Source: Octopus sinensis (lineage: Eukaryota). Taken from it: a stretch of 64,000 bases of DNA. Made by a program: the position numbers and the translations under genes. This document shows, piece after piece, positions 24,220-36,108 of the stretch. The notes beneath the pieces were generated by a model. It was not told the origin of the DNA. It worked only from the letters and a program-made list of their open reading frames with translations, and made no database searches. The DNA is taken from positions 61,008,001 to 61,072,000 of the forward strand of contig NC_043010.1 in assembly GCF_006345805.1 (NCBI RefSeq), written 5' to 3'. Numbering within the stretch: position 1 is the stretch's first letter; each line of letters opens with the position of its first letter.

Positions 24220-25889
24220 ATTTCACTTCTCCTGTCCCTGGAGGAATGAAAATTCTGGTTTCACAATTTTGCTACCTTTTCACGACAAGTCTACAACAGT
24301 ATGTTTATCAAAGAAAAGCCATATTTTACAATTTTCCATTTCAAAGACATATTTATAGACACACCGGAAAGAAGAGTGTGTCTGGCCTGGCATTGAGGGT
24401 GTGTGGCTCATGATTGCTAGATTATGGATGCAATTCCTTCACCAAGCAGTGCTTTGTGTCCTTAAGCAAGGCACTACAGTTCATGTTATTCCAACATGCT
24501 CAGATATAAAAGTGTACCAGCTGGGTGCTGGCATAGCCCTTTCTTCCCCTGGCCGTCACATTCTGGATGTGCCACGGGGTCAAGAGTGAAGGAACCCAAA
24601 ATGGCACCTAAAACAATCAATAACAGTATGATATATTTTACAAAGCCCTTTTCAGACACAAGTAATGGCTGGTTGATCATAGTGTCTAAGGAGTATGATG
24701 GAGAGTATGATGGCCAAACTCTCTGTCATACTCTGGTGAAATTCATTCACAAGGTGATCAACCTGACTCCATTCCAAGGCTGGTACATAAAAGCTGGAGG
24801 ATAACTGAAGATGTGGCTGCTGGAGGTAAAGGCAGATGTAGAAGCATGATCAGGCCCCTGTATTTATGGTCTTTGGCAATGGAACCAGAAGTGGGTATTA
24901 ATTAAAGCCTTGACTGCAGTTGACCATCGAATGTGGTCAGCATTCATAGGAGACACAGTGAACTCATTGGTCGGGGCCTGCTCAACCCACTGTGGGTGAA
25001 TGCCACTACAAGCACAAATAAGTCCTTTCTGAGGAACAGCTTTTTTCTCAAACATGTGACAGTGAAAACAAACGTGCTCCAATTTAAATCATTTTTATCA
25101 AAAATTTTTCTTTATTATTTCTTAGAGCTTTCTGTTTAGCATGGACCAATCATATTGCTAAGTCCAGAAATATTTCAACACCGTCTAAGCCACATCTGAA
25201 TGACATGACAGTCATGGTATACTGTTGCTGCATGTTGTACTAAGCAGTAAATGACCATGGGAATGAAAACGAAATTGATAAAATCATCATTGCATCATTT
25301 GTAATTTCTTTAACTGTAAAATAAACTCTGAAAGTAAAAGAAACTCTTAACTCTTGGATACTTTCAGACTTCCTTCCAGTGTTTGCTGCAGCTGGGAACA
25401 TGCGTGTTCAAGTGTAGGCAAGCCAGCTCTTATCAACCCATCCAACCCATCTCAGCAAGGAGAACAGGTGTTAAATGATGGTGATGGTTTCATATATATA
25501 TAATCTTCAATCTTTCCCTTTCCTGTGGTTCACAAACTTCATATTAGGGGCGTTGAGGCAGGTTTTTCTAGGGTTTGCATGCCTTTCCTTAACCCTCAAT
25601 CGTTTCCTAGCAACGTAATATTTCCCTCAGGTCAGGCATGTTTACCATGGAAGACTGAAAATGAACAACACTGCTTGTATGATGGTGATGTTCATTTACA
25701 ACCATCACTTGATGTTTAGACAAGGGTACACACAAATACACACTGAGGCTTCTTTCAGTTTCTATTGACCAAATCTATTCAAAAGGCTTTCATTAGTCCA
25801 TGGCTAGAATAGTAGGGGCTGCACAGTTGGATCGAACTCTAAGCCACATAGAAAGTAAGCATTTTAACCACAGAGCCATACCTGTACCT

Positions 25890-25945
<56 letters not shown>

Positions 25946-26681
25946 CCACTTGACATGCCAGTGCTACTTGACTGGCACCTGTGTCAGTGGTACATAAAAA
26001 TCACCATTCAAGCATGGCTGATGCCAGTTCCAGTGGCACGTAACAAAAACCATTCGAGCATGGTCAATGCCAGTGCTGCCTAACTGGCTCCTATGCCAGT
26101 GTCATGTAAAAAGAATTATTGAGCATGGTTGATGCCACTGCTGCCTCGCCTGGCCCTCATGCTGGTGGCACATAAAAAAGCACCCACTACACTCTCAGAG
26201 TGGTTGGCATTAGGAAGGGCATCCAGCTGTAGAAACTTTGCCTGATCAGATTGGAGCCTGGCGCAGCCTCCTGATTTGCCAGTGCTGTCAAACCATCCAT
26301 GATGATGATGATATATATATATATATATATAAGAAAGGGCATCCAGCTATAGAATCCATGCCAGAACACACAATAGAGCCTGTTCCAGCCCCTAGCCTTA
26401 CCAGCTCTGGTTAAACTGTCCAATCCATGCCAGTATGGAAAATGGACATTAAATAATAATGACGATGATGATGATGATATATACATACGAATGATGTGTT
26501 GGCCATATCTTTGGGAGGCAAAATTAGTGATGTGTCCCTTTTAGATTAATTAATCATGTATTTTAATTATGAAATTATATAATGATGTTTTATGCCATTG
26601 AAACATTGTAAAAAAAACAATATAAATAGATAGGTAAATAGACAGGCAGATAGATAGATAGACAGTTATATACATAGGTAT

Positions 26682-26720
<39 letters not shown>

Positions 26721-26751
26721 GGAGACCAAAGTGTATGTATGCCACCATATG

Positions 26752-27008
26752 TATATAAGAAAGAATACAAAAAATGGGACAAGAATGCAAGACATCCAGA
26801 CAGCTAGATGATACAAAAGAGGGACAACAAAATATCTAGACAGATGATACGAAAGAGGGACAAGAGCTGAAAATGCAAAGATAACTTGGAACTCGACCGA
26901 AGAAAGAAAACTTCAAATGACCCGTCCCTTTTTTCTTGTCCCTCTTTCGTATCATCTGTCTGGATGTTTTGCGTTCTTGTCCCATTCTTTTGTATTTCTT
27001 TTTATATA
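26752..27008. repeat. TA-flanked inverted repeat element
   Basis: AATACAAAAAATGGGACAAGAATGCAAGACATCCAGACAG..ATGATACAAAAGAGGGACAA is mirrored at ~26936-27000. The left arm has an internal duplication. Confidence 0.8.
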
Positions 27009-27463
27009 TACAAATATATATATACATACACACACACATACACCATACACACCATACACACACCATACACACATACATAAATGCACATATGAATGTGTGT
27101 GTTTGAACACAAATATATGGTTTCAGTAAGATCATAGAATCGTGTTTTTATACATTTTCTGTCACCAACAAAGACAAAGCATTTTACTCTTCACTATTAT
27201 TCATAAAACTTGGGAATTTGAGTCCATCTTTTTAAAATTATTTAATTTTGCTGTTCTTCAGCAGGTGTTCCTGGTTAAAATTAAACCCTGCAATAATCAA
27301 TCCTATTTTAATTAAATTGGTTTCAAATTTTGGTACAAGGCCAGCAAAGGATAAAAAGCAAAGCTGAGCTTGGTGGAATTTGAACTCAGAACGTAGATGG
27401 ATGAAATACTGCTTAGCATTTTGCCCAGTGTGCTAACAATTCTGCCAGCTTTCTGCCTTACTA

Positions 27464-27797
27464 CAGTAGAACCTCACAGTACGAGTGGTCCCGTAGTATG
27501 AGTAATCTGCTGGAGTAGCCGTGTCTTGAAGTACAAGCAGAAATCTGCAGTACAAACACAAATCATCCCATGTTTAAGGTAATTCAGTTAATAAAACCAG
27601 TTTACTCTTACTCTTTTACTTGTTTCAGTCATTTGACTGCGGCCATGCTGGAGCACCGCCTCTAGTCGAGCAAATCGACCCCGGGACTTATTCTTTGTAA
27701 GCCCAGTACTTATTCTATCGGTCCCTTTTGCCGAACCGCTAAGTGACGGGGACGTAAACACACCAGCATCGGTTGTCAAGCAATGCTAGGGGAACAA

Positions 27798-27828
<31 letters not shown>

Positions 27829-28230
27829 CATATATACGACAGGCTTCTTTCAGTTTCCGTCTACCAAATCCACTCACAAGGCATTGGTCGGCCTGGGGCT
27901 ATAGCAGAAGACACTTGCCCGAGATGCCACGCAGTGGGACTGAACCCGGAACCATGTGGTTGGTTAGCAAGCTACTTACCACACAGCGACTCCTGTGCCT
28001 TACATATTTCTTTTGCATTCTCTTTTTTTTATAATTGTCGTTTTACTCATAACTACACCTTTTCTGTTTTAAAACCCATAAAAATTTATTTTTGAATGGC
28101 TTTTCGGGGCTTGAACTGATTAATTATATTTTAGTTAATTTCAATTGGGAAAATTAATTTGTAAAACAAATAAATCATAAGACAAGCTCCATCAGGGAAC
28201 GAATTAAACCTGTACTGCGAGGTATAACTG
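27464..28230. mobile_element. TcMar-Tigger-like non-autonomous element interrupted by a family-B SINE
   Basis: TA|CAGTAGAACCTCACAGTAC ... GTACTGCGAGGTATAACTG|TA. Confidence 0.75.
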
Positions 28231-29129
28231 TATCAACAACAAAATTCAGTGCAATTTTATTTTAAAAACTCCATTTTGTCTGCTTGTTCTGAAATATTTT
28301 CCATTAGTTTTGTTGGTTCATTAAGTTTCCTTAAAACTCCTTCCAAAACACACGAGATACTCAGCCACATATGTTGTGTGAATTAATATTTACATAAATA
28401 TTCCTATTGTTATCAGTGAATAGAAACAGACCCAAGGAGGAACTGTTTCTGTCTTCTCTATTCACACTTGAAGCAAAACATTTTTACTATTTTTACATCC
28501 CTCAATTAATTACCCCAAAAATTTAATTTCATAAATCAATATAGATAACAGGGGAGGGGGGAGGGGAGTTTGGTCTTTTGCTGGAAATGTTTGTCATTTG
28601 TGAGGTTTTACTTGTGTAAACAGAATGGGAGAGAGAGAGAGAGAGGGAGAGAGAGGGAGAGCGAGAGAGGGAGAGCGAGAGAGGGAGAGAGAGAGGAGGG
28701 AGAGAGAGAGAGAGACAAAGAAGTGTTTGTTATGTGTTTGAAAGGGAAAAGTGTGAGGGCGATAAAGAGAATCAGTGAAAGGGGGAGAGAGAAAAGAGAG
28801 AGGGGAGAGGAGAGGGATATAAAATCAAGTGAGAGAGAAGGGGAGTGTTATAAAGAAAAAGAAAAGAAGACATGTTTTATTAGAGATTATCTCCACTCAA
28901 TATATGTAAATGTGTGTGTGTGTGTGTGTGTGTGTAGAAGTGCACATACATATACATGAAAATTTATGTACAAAGAGTAAATGATTGTGGCACTACACGT
29001 GTGGAAATACATACACACACAGAACACGTGCTCTGATTTAAAATTTGAATGGCCATTGTTAACCAAGAAAACAAGGAAGGAAAGACAAATGTAAACTTTA
29101 TAAATATGTGTGTGTGTGTGTGTGTAGAT

Positions 29130-29282
29130 TAATCTCTCCATTTTTTTCCACCCAACCTTTTCTGTTGAAGAGTATAGGCTCGAAACATCAAAGACTTTTC
29201 CATTCTTCTTGAGTGTCAAACTAATACACCTGTTTGTCATTCCCTCACCTGTCTTAGTCTTTTGTTTTCTGTAAATTTGAAC
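29130..29282 (+). mobile_element. Short Penelope-type element with variant hammerhead (29157-29194)
   Basis: CTTTT-CTGTTGA-A-GAGT-ATAG-GCTC-GAAAC-ATC-AAAG. The 3' end TTTGAAC runs into (TA)n. Confidence 0.75.
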
Positions 29283-29291
29283 TATATATAT

Positions 29292-29341
<50 letters not shown>

Positions 29342-29394
29342 ATCCAAACAAGAAAGCACAAAAGAACACAACAACGCAAGGACGTATATATATA

Positions 29395-30548
29395 CAAGGC
29401 TAGTTTTTGTATGTGGCAAATGCTCAGGAACAATAAACACTGAAAATGCGCAGAGACCAACTTCCGCCACATTCCAGGGAGAAAAACTAGAAATAGTTGA
29501 TAGCTTCCGTTACCTAGGTGACCAAGTCAGTAGCGGGGGTGAGTGTGCTGAAAGTGTAACTGCTAGAGTAAGAATAGCCTGGCCAAAGTTCAGAGAGCTC
29601 TTACCTCTGCTGGTGACAAAAGGCCTCTCGCTCAGAGTAAAAGGTAGACTGTATGACGCATGTGTACGAACAGCCATGCTACATGGCAGTGAAACATGGG
29701 CCGTGACTGCTGAGGATATGCGTAAGCTCGCAAGAAATGAAGCCAGTATGCTCCGATGGATGTGTAATGTCAGTGTTCATACTCGACAGAGTGTAAGTAC
29801 CTTGAGAGAAAAGTTGGACATAAGAAGCATCAGTTGTGGTGTGCAAGAGAGACGTTTGCGCTGGTATGGTCATGTGGCAAGAATGGATGAAGATAGTTGT
29901 GTGAAAAAGTGCCACACACTAGCAGTTGAGGGAACCTGTGGAACAGGTAGACCCAGGAAAACCTGGGACGAGGTGGTGAAGCACGACCTTCGAACTTTAG
30001 CTCTCACCGAGGAAATGACTAGAGACCGAGACCTTTGGAAGTATGCTGTGCGTGAGAAGACCCAGCAGGACAAGTGAGACCATAACCCGTGGCCCCTACC
30101 TGGGATGTAGCCAGTCCACTTATGCATACCTTTCCTTCTTGGGACACAAAACTCTACTTGTGAAGACTTGTTGAGGCAAGTGAAAATTAAAATCGAAATC
30201 AATCAACATCAATGGAAATTGTAGCTGTGATACCGGTGCCGGTGGCACGTAAGCGAACCATCCGAACATGACTGTTGCCAGCACCGCCCCGACGGGCCTC
30301 CGTGCCGGTGGCACGTAATAAGCACCATCCGATCGTGGCTGTTTGCCAGCCTCGTCTGGCACGTAAAAAGCACCCACTACACTCACAGAGTGGTTGGCGT
30401 TAGGAAGGGCATCCAGCCGTAGAAACACTGCCAGATCAGACTGGGCCTGGTGCAGCCTTCTGGCTTCCCAGACCCCAGTTGAACCGTCCAACCCATGCTA
30501 GCATGGAAAGCGGATGCTAAACGATGATGATGATGATGATGATGATGA
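29395..30548 (+). mobile_element. 5'-truncated, young RTE-clade LINE (ORF C-terminus, 3' UTR, (TGA)n tail)
   Basis: Open frame 29403-30077 reads FVCGKC..LEIVDSFRYLGD..LHGSETW..RRLRWYGHVARM..GRPRKTW. The 3' UTR is shared by many truncated copies in the window. Confidence 0.93.
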
Positions 30549-32425
30549 ATAGTCTGAAGCATGTCATGGGTGGCCATGACAAAATATAAGATATTAGGGT
30601 GATATGGGATGTGTCTTATTCTTAGTTTATCACCTCAATGATGGTCAACCACTGTGCCATTGTCTAATGGCCCACAGGTGTGCCATGTATGGCATAGTCT
30701 TGTCCCTTTGCATTACCATCATCTTTATCTTCTTCCCAGCTGCTCCCACTGATCCTTATATAATGTTGGGTAGCCATGTATCCCCTTTATAGCAAGACCC
30801 CTGTGTTTGCCCCTCTGCCATAGTTTAGCTTTTCAGCACCTGGCATAATGCCACCTCTCTCTCTCTCTCTCTCAAATACTCCCACTTGGTCCCTTTTTTT
30901 CCTTTCTCTCTTCTATTCCCTGCTCTTTTCTATCTTACAAAGTTACATGGCAACCTCACTAGTAGAAGTGGCATGAAAAAAAAAAAAAGCACCCAGTACA
31001 CTCAGTAAAGGGGTTGGCATTTGGAAGGGCAACCAGCCATAGAAACCATGCCAAAGCTGACCATGGTGCTTGATGTGGATCTGCAGCTCACAGGATCCTG
31101 TCAAACTACGCAACCCATTCTAGCATAGAAAGCAGATGTGAGATGATGATGATGACAAGAAAATGTCAGGTTATTTTGAAAGCTGGACACACCATGATGG
31201 AATTAGCTGAATAACTTCTTCCTTATTTTAAGAATTAAGTGAAACAAAGGCAGCGCACTTCAAGAAGTTTGGTAAGAAAAGGGTTCAAGTATCCTTGAGT
31301 ATCATAAAACTCACTGAATGTGGGAGGTTGTTTCCTCTGATAAGTGCATCAGGTAAGTCACTGTTACACACACACACACACACAAACTATACCTATTGGT
31401 AATACAGAGTTGTATTTTTTGTGTAATTCAATATCTTTTAATAGCAACAGCCCCCACCATAGCTTTTGATCATTAGTGATGGTCATATATGGCCAGCATT
31501 TTAATGTAATATGTAATTACTAATCATTACAGCCACCATAAACCAATGAAAAAAATCATTGTGTGGTCACTCAGCCTGCTAGAAATAACAGCCAAATCTT
31601 TCTCAACTAACACTCGATGGTCTTGAAAACAGAAGATAGAGGACAATGTAGTGCTATATATATATTTGCATGTATGTATAAAGGATGGTCATAGCAGGTA
31701 CATCTTTGGTCATAAGTTCACTAAATATGAACTGACCTGGGAGAAAACAAACATCATCTACTATAATCCCCACCACTAACAGCTACAGTTCACACCACTA
31801 ACTACAACTGCCTCTACTACAACTGCGGCCACCAATACTAATCGTTACAATCACCAATAACGAAACGAATATAACCACCGTTTGTAATCATTATCTTCAC
31901 CAATACTGATTAATACAGGTATCAATATCTCCTATACACACCAATACTAATTATTATATCAAGTAATAATTTTTATAGCCATAATAATATTAAATATTAC
32001 GGCTTCGAATGTCTCCGAAAGAAATTATGTTGCTAAGCAACTGTTATTGCAAATGGATTTCTATTTTGTTTCTTTGCAACTGGGTTTTAATGTCTCCCCC
32101 TAACCTGTAATAATTGAACCAAACAATAATTTAAACGCTGGGTTAATATTTCTATCTAACCTGTAACAACTCTAGGCTAATGCTTCTGCTTTAACCTGTA
32201 ATGACCTCGACAAACAATTTAAACCTTGGGTTAAAGATCCCAAAGCTGTAATAACTCACCAATGATTTAAATATTGAGTACTTGGGTTGATTTATATCAA
32301 CTGACACCAGTGTGTCAGTGTGTCACAGACCTCTTCTAGCAAGAGGCTACAACAAAGAATTCTCAAATTTTCTGGAGGCGATTGTGGGCTAATGATGACT
32401 AAAGGTGACTAATGGCCACAATATT

Positions 32426-32646
32426 CTTTTCTACTCCAGGTACAAGGCGCCGAAATTTTTGGGGAGGGGGGGGGGGCAGTCGATAAGATCGACCCCAGTA
32501 CGCAACTCATATTTATATTTATCAACTCCAAAAGAATGAAAGGCAAAGTCGACCTCAGCGGAATTTGAACTCAGAACATACAGACAGATGAAACACTGCT
32601 AAGCATTTCGCCTGGCATGCTAACATTTCTGCCAGCTTGCCACCTT
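32426..32646 (-). mobile_element. Family-M SINE with 17-bp TSD
   Basis: CTAATGGCCACAATATT at 32409-32425 and 32647-32663. Confidence 0.9.
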
Positions 32647-34939
32647 CTAATGGCCACAATATTGCAGTAAGAAGGAGAGACCCGAGGTATTAGGGAAGTT
32701 GAAAGATTCTATGTGAGATGTAAGTCAACAGGAGAAGATTCTTACATCAGTAAACTTATGTTTAGAATAGTCTATAACAATATAATCATCATCATCATCA
32801 TCATCATCGTTTAACATCTGCCTTCTCTGCTGGCTTGGCTTGGATGGTTTAACTGGAACTGGTGAATCCGAAAACCATACCAAGCTCCGTTGTCTGCTTT
32901 GGCATGGCTTCGACAGCTGGACAACTTTCCTAATGCCAACCACTTTACAGAGTGTGGACTGGGTGCCTTTCTATGTGGCACCAGCACTAGTGGGGTCACC
33001 AAGTAACTTGCAAAACAAAGACCCCCTTCAACTGAGTCATATTGAAAGAAGTGGTTTTGTGCCAGGAGATGAGAGGTTAGAGTAGGAGGAATAGAGGGAC
33101 AGAAACAGGTTTCTTGTAATAAAGGAGATACAGTTGGGGGGAGAAAGGGGAGGAGAAAGAGAGAGGGGAGAGAGGGAGAGGAGAGAGAGGAGGAGGAGAA
33201 AAAGAGAGGCGAGAGAAAAGATAGTAAAGATGTGATGGGGGGGATACAGTGATATTATAGGGAGTTTATTAACAAATTGCTGCTCAACTAGAGAAAAGAA
33301 TCTTCTAGATTAACTGAACTGGCACAATGACACAACCACATTCTTTCATTGAGAATTGAATGACACAAAGTTAACAAATTTTATAAATGAAGGCTGCCAC
33401 TTCATTAATCTCAACAATTAAATATAAATTTTTTGTTGGGGAAGTAAGTAAAAGAATTGTAATTTTCAGGTAAGGAAACATGTGAAGAGAGAATTGATGG
33501 AAATGTTTTCCATCAATTTCCTGGCACTCCGTTGGTTCCAATGATGGGGTTTCCGTTGATTAAAATCAGTGGAACAGCCTGGTTGGGAAATTAACATGCA
33601 AGTGGTTGAGTGCTCCATAGAGACGCATACCTGTTTTTTTATTACCCACAAGGGGCTAAACATGGAGAGGACAAACAAGGACAGACAAACGGATTAAGTC
33701 GATTACATCAACCCCAGTGCGTAACTGGTACTTATTTAATCGACCCGGAAAGGATGACAAGCAAAGTCGACCTCGGCGGAATTTGAACTCAGAATGTAGC
33801 GGCAGACGAATTACCATAAAGCATTTCGCCTGGCGTGCTAACGTTTCTGCCAGCTCACCGCCTTAATGCAGTTCTCAGGAAGGTGGAGGTCCAACATAAC
33901 AGAGAACGTGAAGGGGCTGGCCCTTTGGAATTACAACTCATTTTTAGAATGAGATGGAGCCAAGTGAAGTCAACTGCCTTGCTCAAGGATACAATGCACT
34001 ACTGGGAACCAAACTCTCGACCTTGCTGTCATGAGCTGGAAACCCCTAACCATTAAGCCATAGAGCTACAATGATGACAATTGCAGGATGGATTGTCAAC
34101 CTCCTACATGTATCCTGAGCAAATATTCCACATCACATAACTCAGTTAAATATCAATAAAGGAACTGCAGGCTTTAATTATTTCTTGCTTTTTTTTTTAT
34201 TGATGATATATTCTGGGGAGAGTTAATGACTTCTGGGTGTCTCATTTGCCTACAGATTGTAATTAGGATTCATTAAGCAAACATTGAAATTTAATCATTT
34301 AAATTTAATGTCAAAAACATTGAAAAATGAAAAAACATTGGAATAAATGATTCCATTTGTTGAAATTATTTTACAGAATGAATCCTTTTGATGTGTTTTT
34401 GTTACAAGCCAGAATTATCAAATACGATAATATATTAACTACACTTAATCACTTCAGTAATTATATAATCGTTAGCAGCAGGCCACATTTCTAGCAGTAA
34501 CAGTCAGTCGCCCACTGACGCTACATCGAAGAGGCCAGGGAACAGAAGAAAGAAGACATGCACCAAACACCAGAGCTGAAGACACCACCGAAAGGATGGG
34601 GGGGCACCATATCAAAACGATAGAGGAGTAGGGGCTGAAACCGGACGTGGTTCCTCCTGATGATGTCTTGAGCAAACTGGATCCTATAAAGGAGCTGTTG
34701 TGGTAGCAGACCACAAAACACGGTTGAAATTCCTCATTATTTCCCCTTCGGATTTTTCTTCAATCCAAAGAGGGTATTTCCCTCACACAAGAGAGACAAA
34801 TGCTTGCAGAGCAGACTCCACTAAAAGCATTCAACAGTATGGTGGTAGCGCTGTAGCATGGCTACAGGGGCACCTACTCTGGAGAGGAAATTCTTTGGGG
34901 CACAAAATTTCAGAAGTGACAAAAATAAAATAGTAATGA

Positions 34940-35153
34940 TCCTTTCTACAATAGGTACAAGGCTTGAAATTTGGTGGGAAAAGGATTTGTCAATTACATC
35001 AATCCTAGTGCTTAATTAGTACCGATTTCTTCAACCCTGAAAGAATGAAAGGCAAAGTTGACCTTGGCAGAATTTGAACTCAGAACATAAAGGCAGATGA
35101 AGCACTGCTAAGCAGTTTGTCTGGCGAGCTAATGATTCTGCCAGCTCACCACC

Positions 35154-35190
<37 letters not shown>

Positions 35191-35191
35191 T

Positions 35192-35239
<48 letters not shown>

Positions 35240-36108
35240 CCTTTCTACTAAAGTCACAAGCGCTGAAATTTCGGGGGAGGGGTCCAGTCAACCCCAGTAC
35301 ACAACTGGTATTTAATTTATCAACACCAAAAGGATGAACGGCAAAGTCGACCTTGACGAAATTTGAACTCAGAACGTAGCGGCAGAAGAAATACCTATTT
35401 CTTTACTACCCACAAGGGGCTAAACACAGAGGACAAACGGATTAAGTCGATTACATCGATTCCAGTGTGTAACTGGTACTTATTTAATCGACCCTGAAAG
35501 GATGAAATGCAAAGTTGACCTTGGCGGAATTTGAACTCAGAACGTAATTGCAGATGAAATACTTATAAGCATATCGCCTGGCGTGCTAACGTTTCTGCCA
35601 GCTCTCCGCCTTATAATGATAATAATGATAATAATAATAATGAGTTCAAATTTTTGACACAAGGGCAGCTTGGGGGAGGGGATTATGCTGATTACATCAA
35701 TTCCAGTGCGTAACTGGTATTTATTTAATTGACCCCGAAAGGATGAAAGGCAAAGTCGACCTCAGCAGAATTTGAACTCAGAACATAGCAACAGGCGAAA
35801 TACCGCTAAGCATTTTGTCCAGCGTGCTAATGATTCTGCCAGCTTCACCACTTTAAATAATAATAATGATGTTGATGTTGATGATGATGACAATGACAAT
35901 GATGATTTTTGTACAAGGCCAGCAATTTCGAGGGAAGAGTTAAGTCAATTACATTGACCCCAGTGCTCAACTGGTACTTATTTTTAGCAACCCTGAAAGG
36001 ATGAAAGGCAAAGTCGACCTCGGTGGAATTTGAACTCAGAGCATAAAGTCAGGCGAAATGCTGCTAAGCATTTTGTCTGGTCTGCTAACGTTGCTGCCAG
36101 CTCACCAC
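34940..36108 (-). mobile_element. Cluster of five co-oriented family-M SINE units separated by (TAA)/(CAA)/(GAT) tracts
   Basis: GAATTTGAACTCAGA-type B-box blocks at ~35070, 35360, 35527, 35768 and 36026. Confidence 0.85.

Noticed and set aside
24590-25140. hAT/Charlie-like transposase remnant (FDKNDLNW..HCV, minus strand)
   Set aside because: Only two weak motifs and no TIRs; this needs a tBLASTn search.
34560-34700. Hammerhead at CTGAAGA/GAAACCGGAC/CTGATGA motifs
   Set aside because: I could not assemble consistent stems I-III in any topology.
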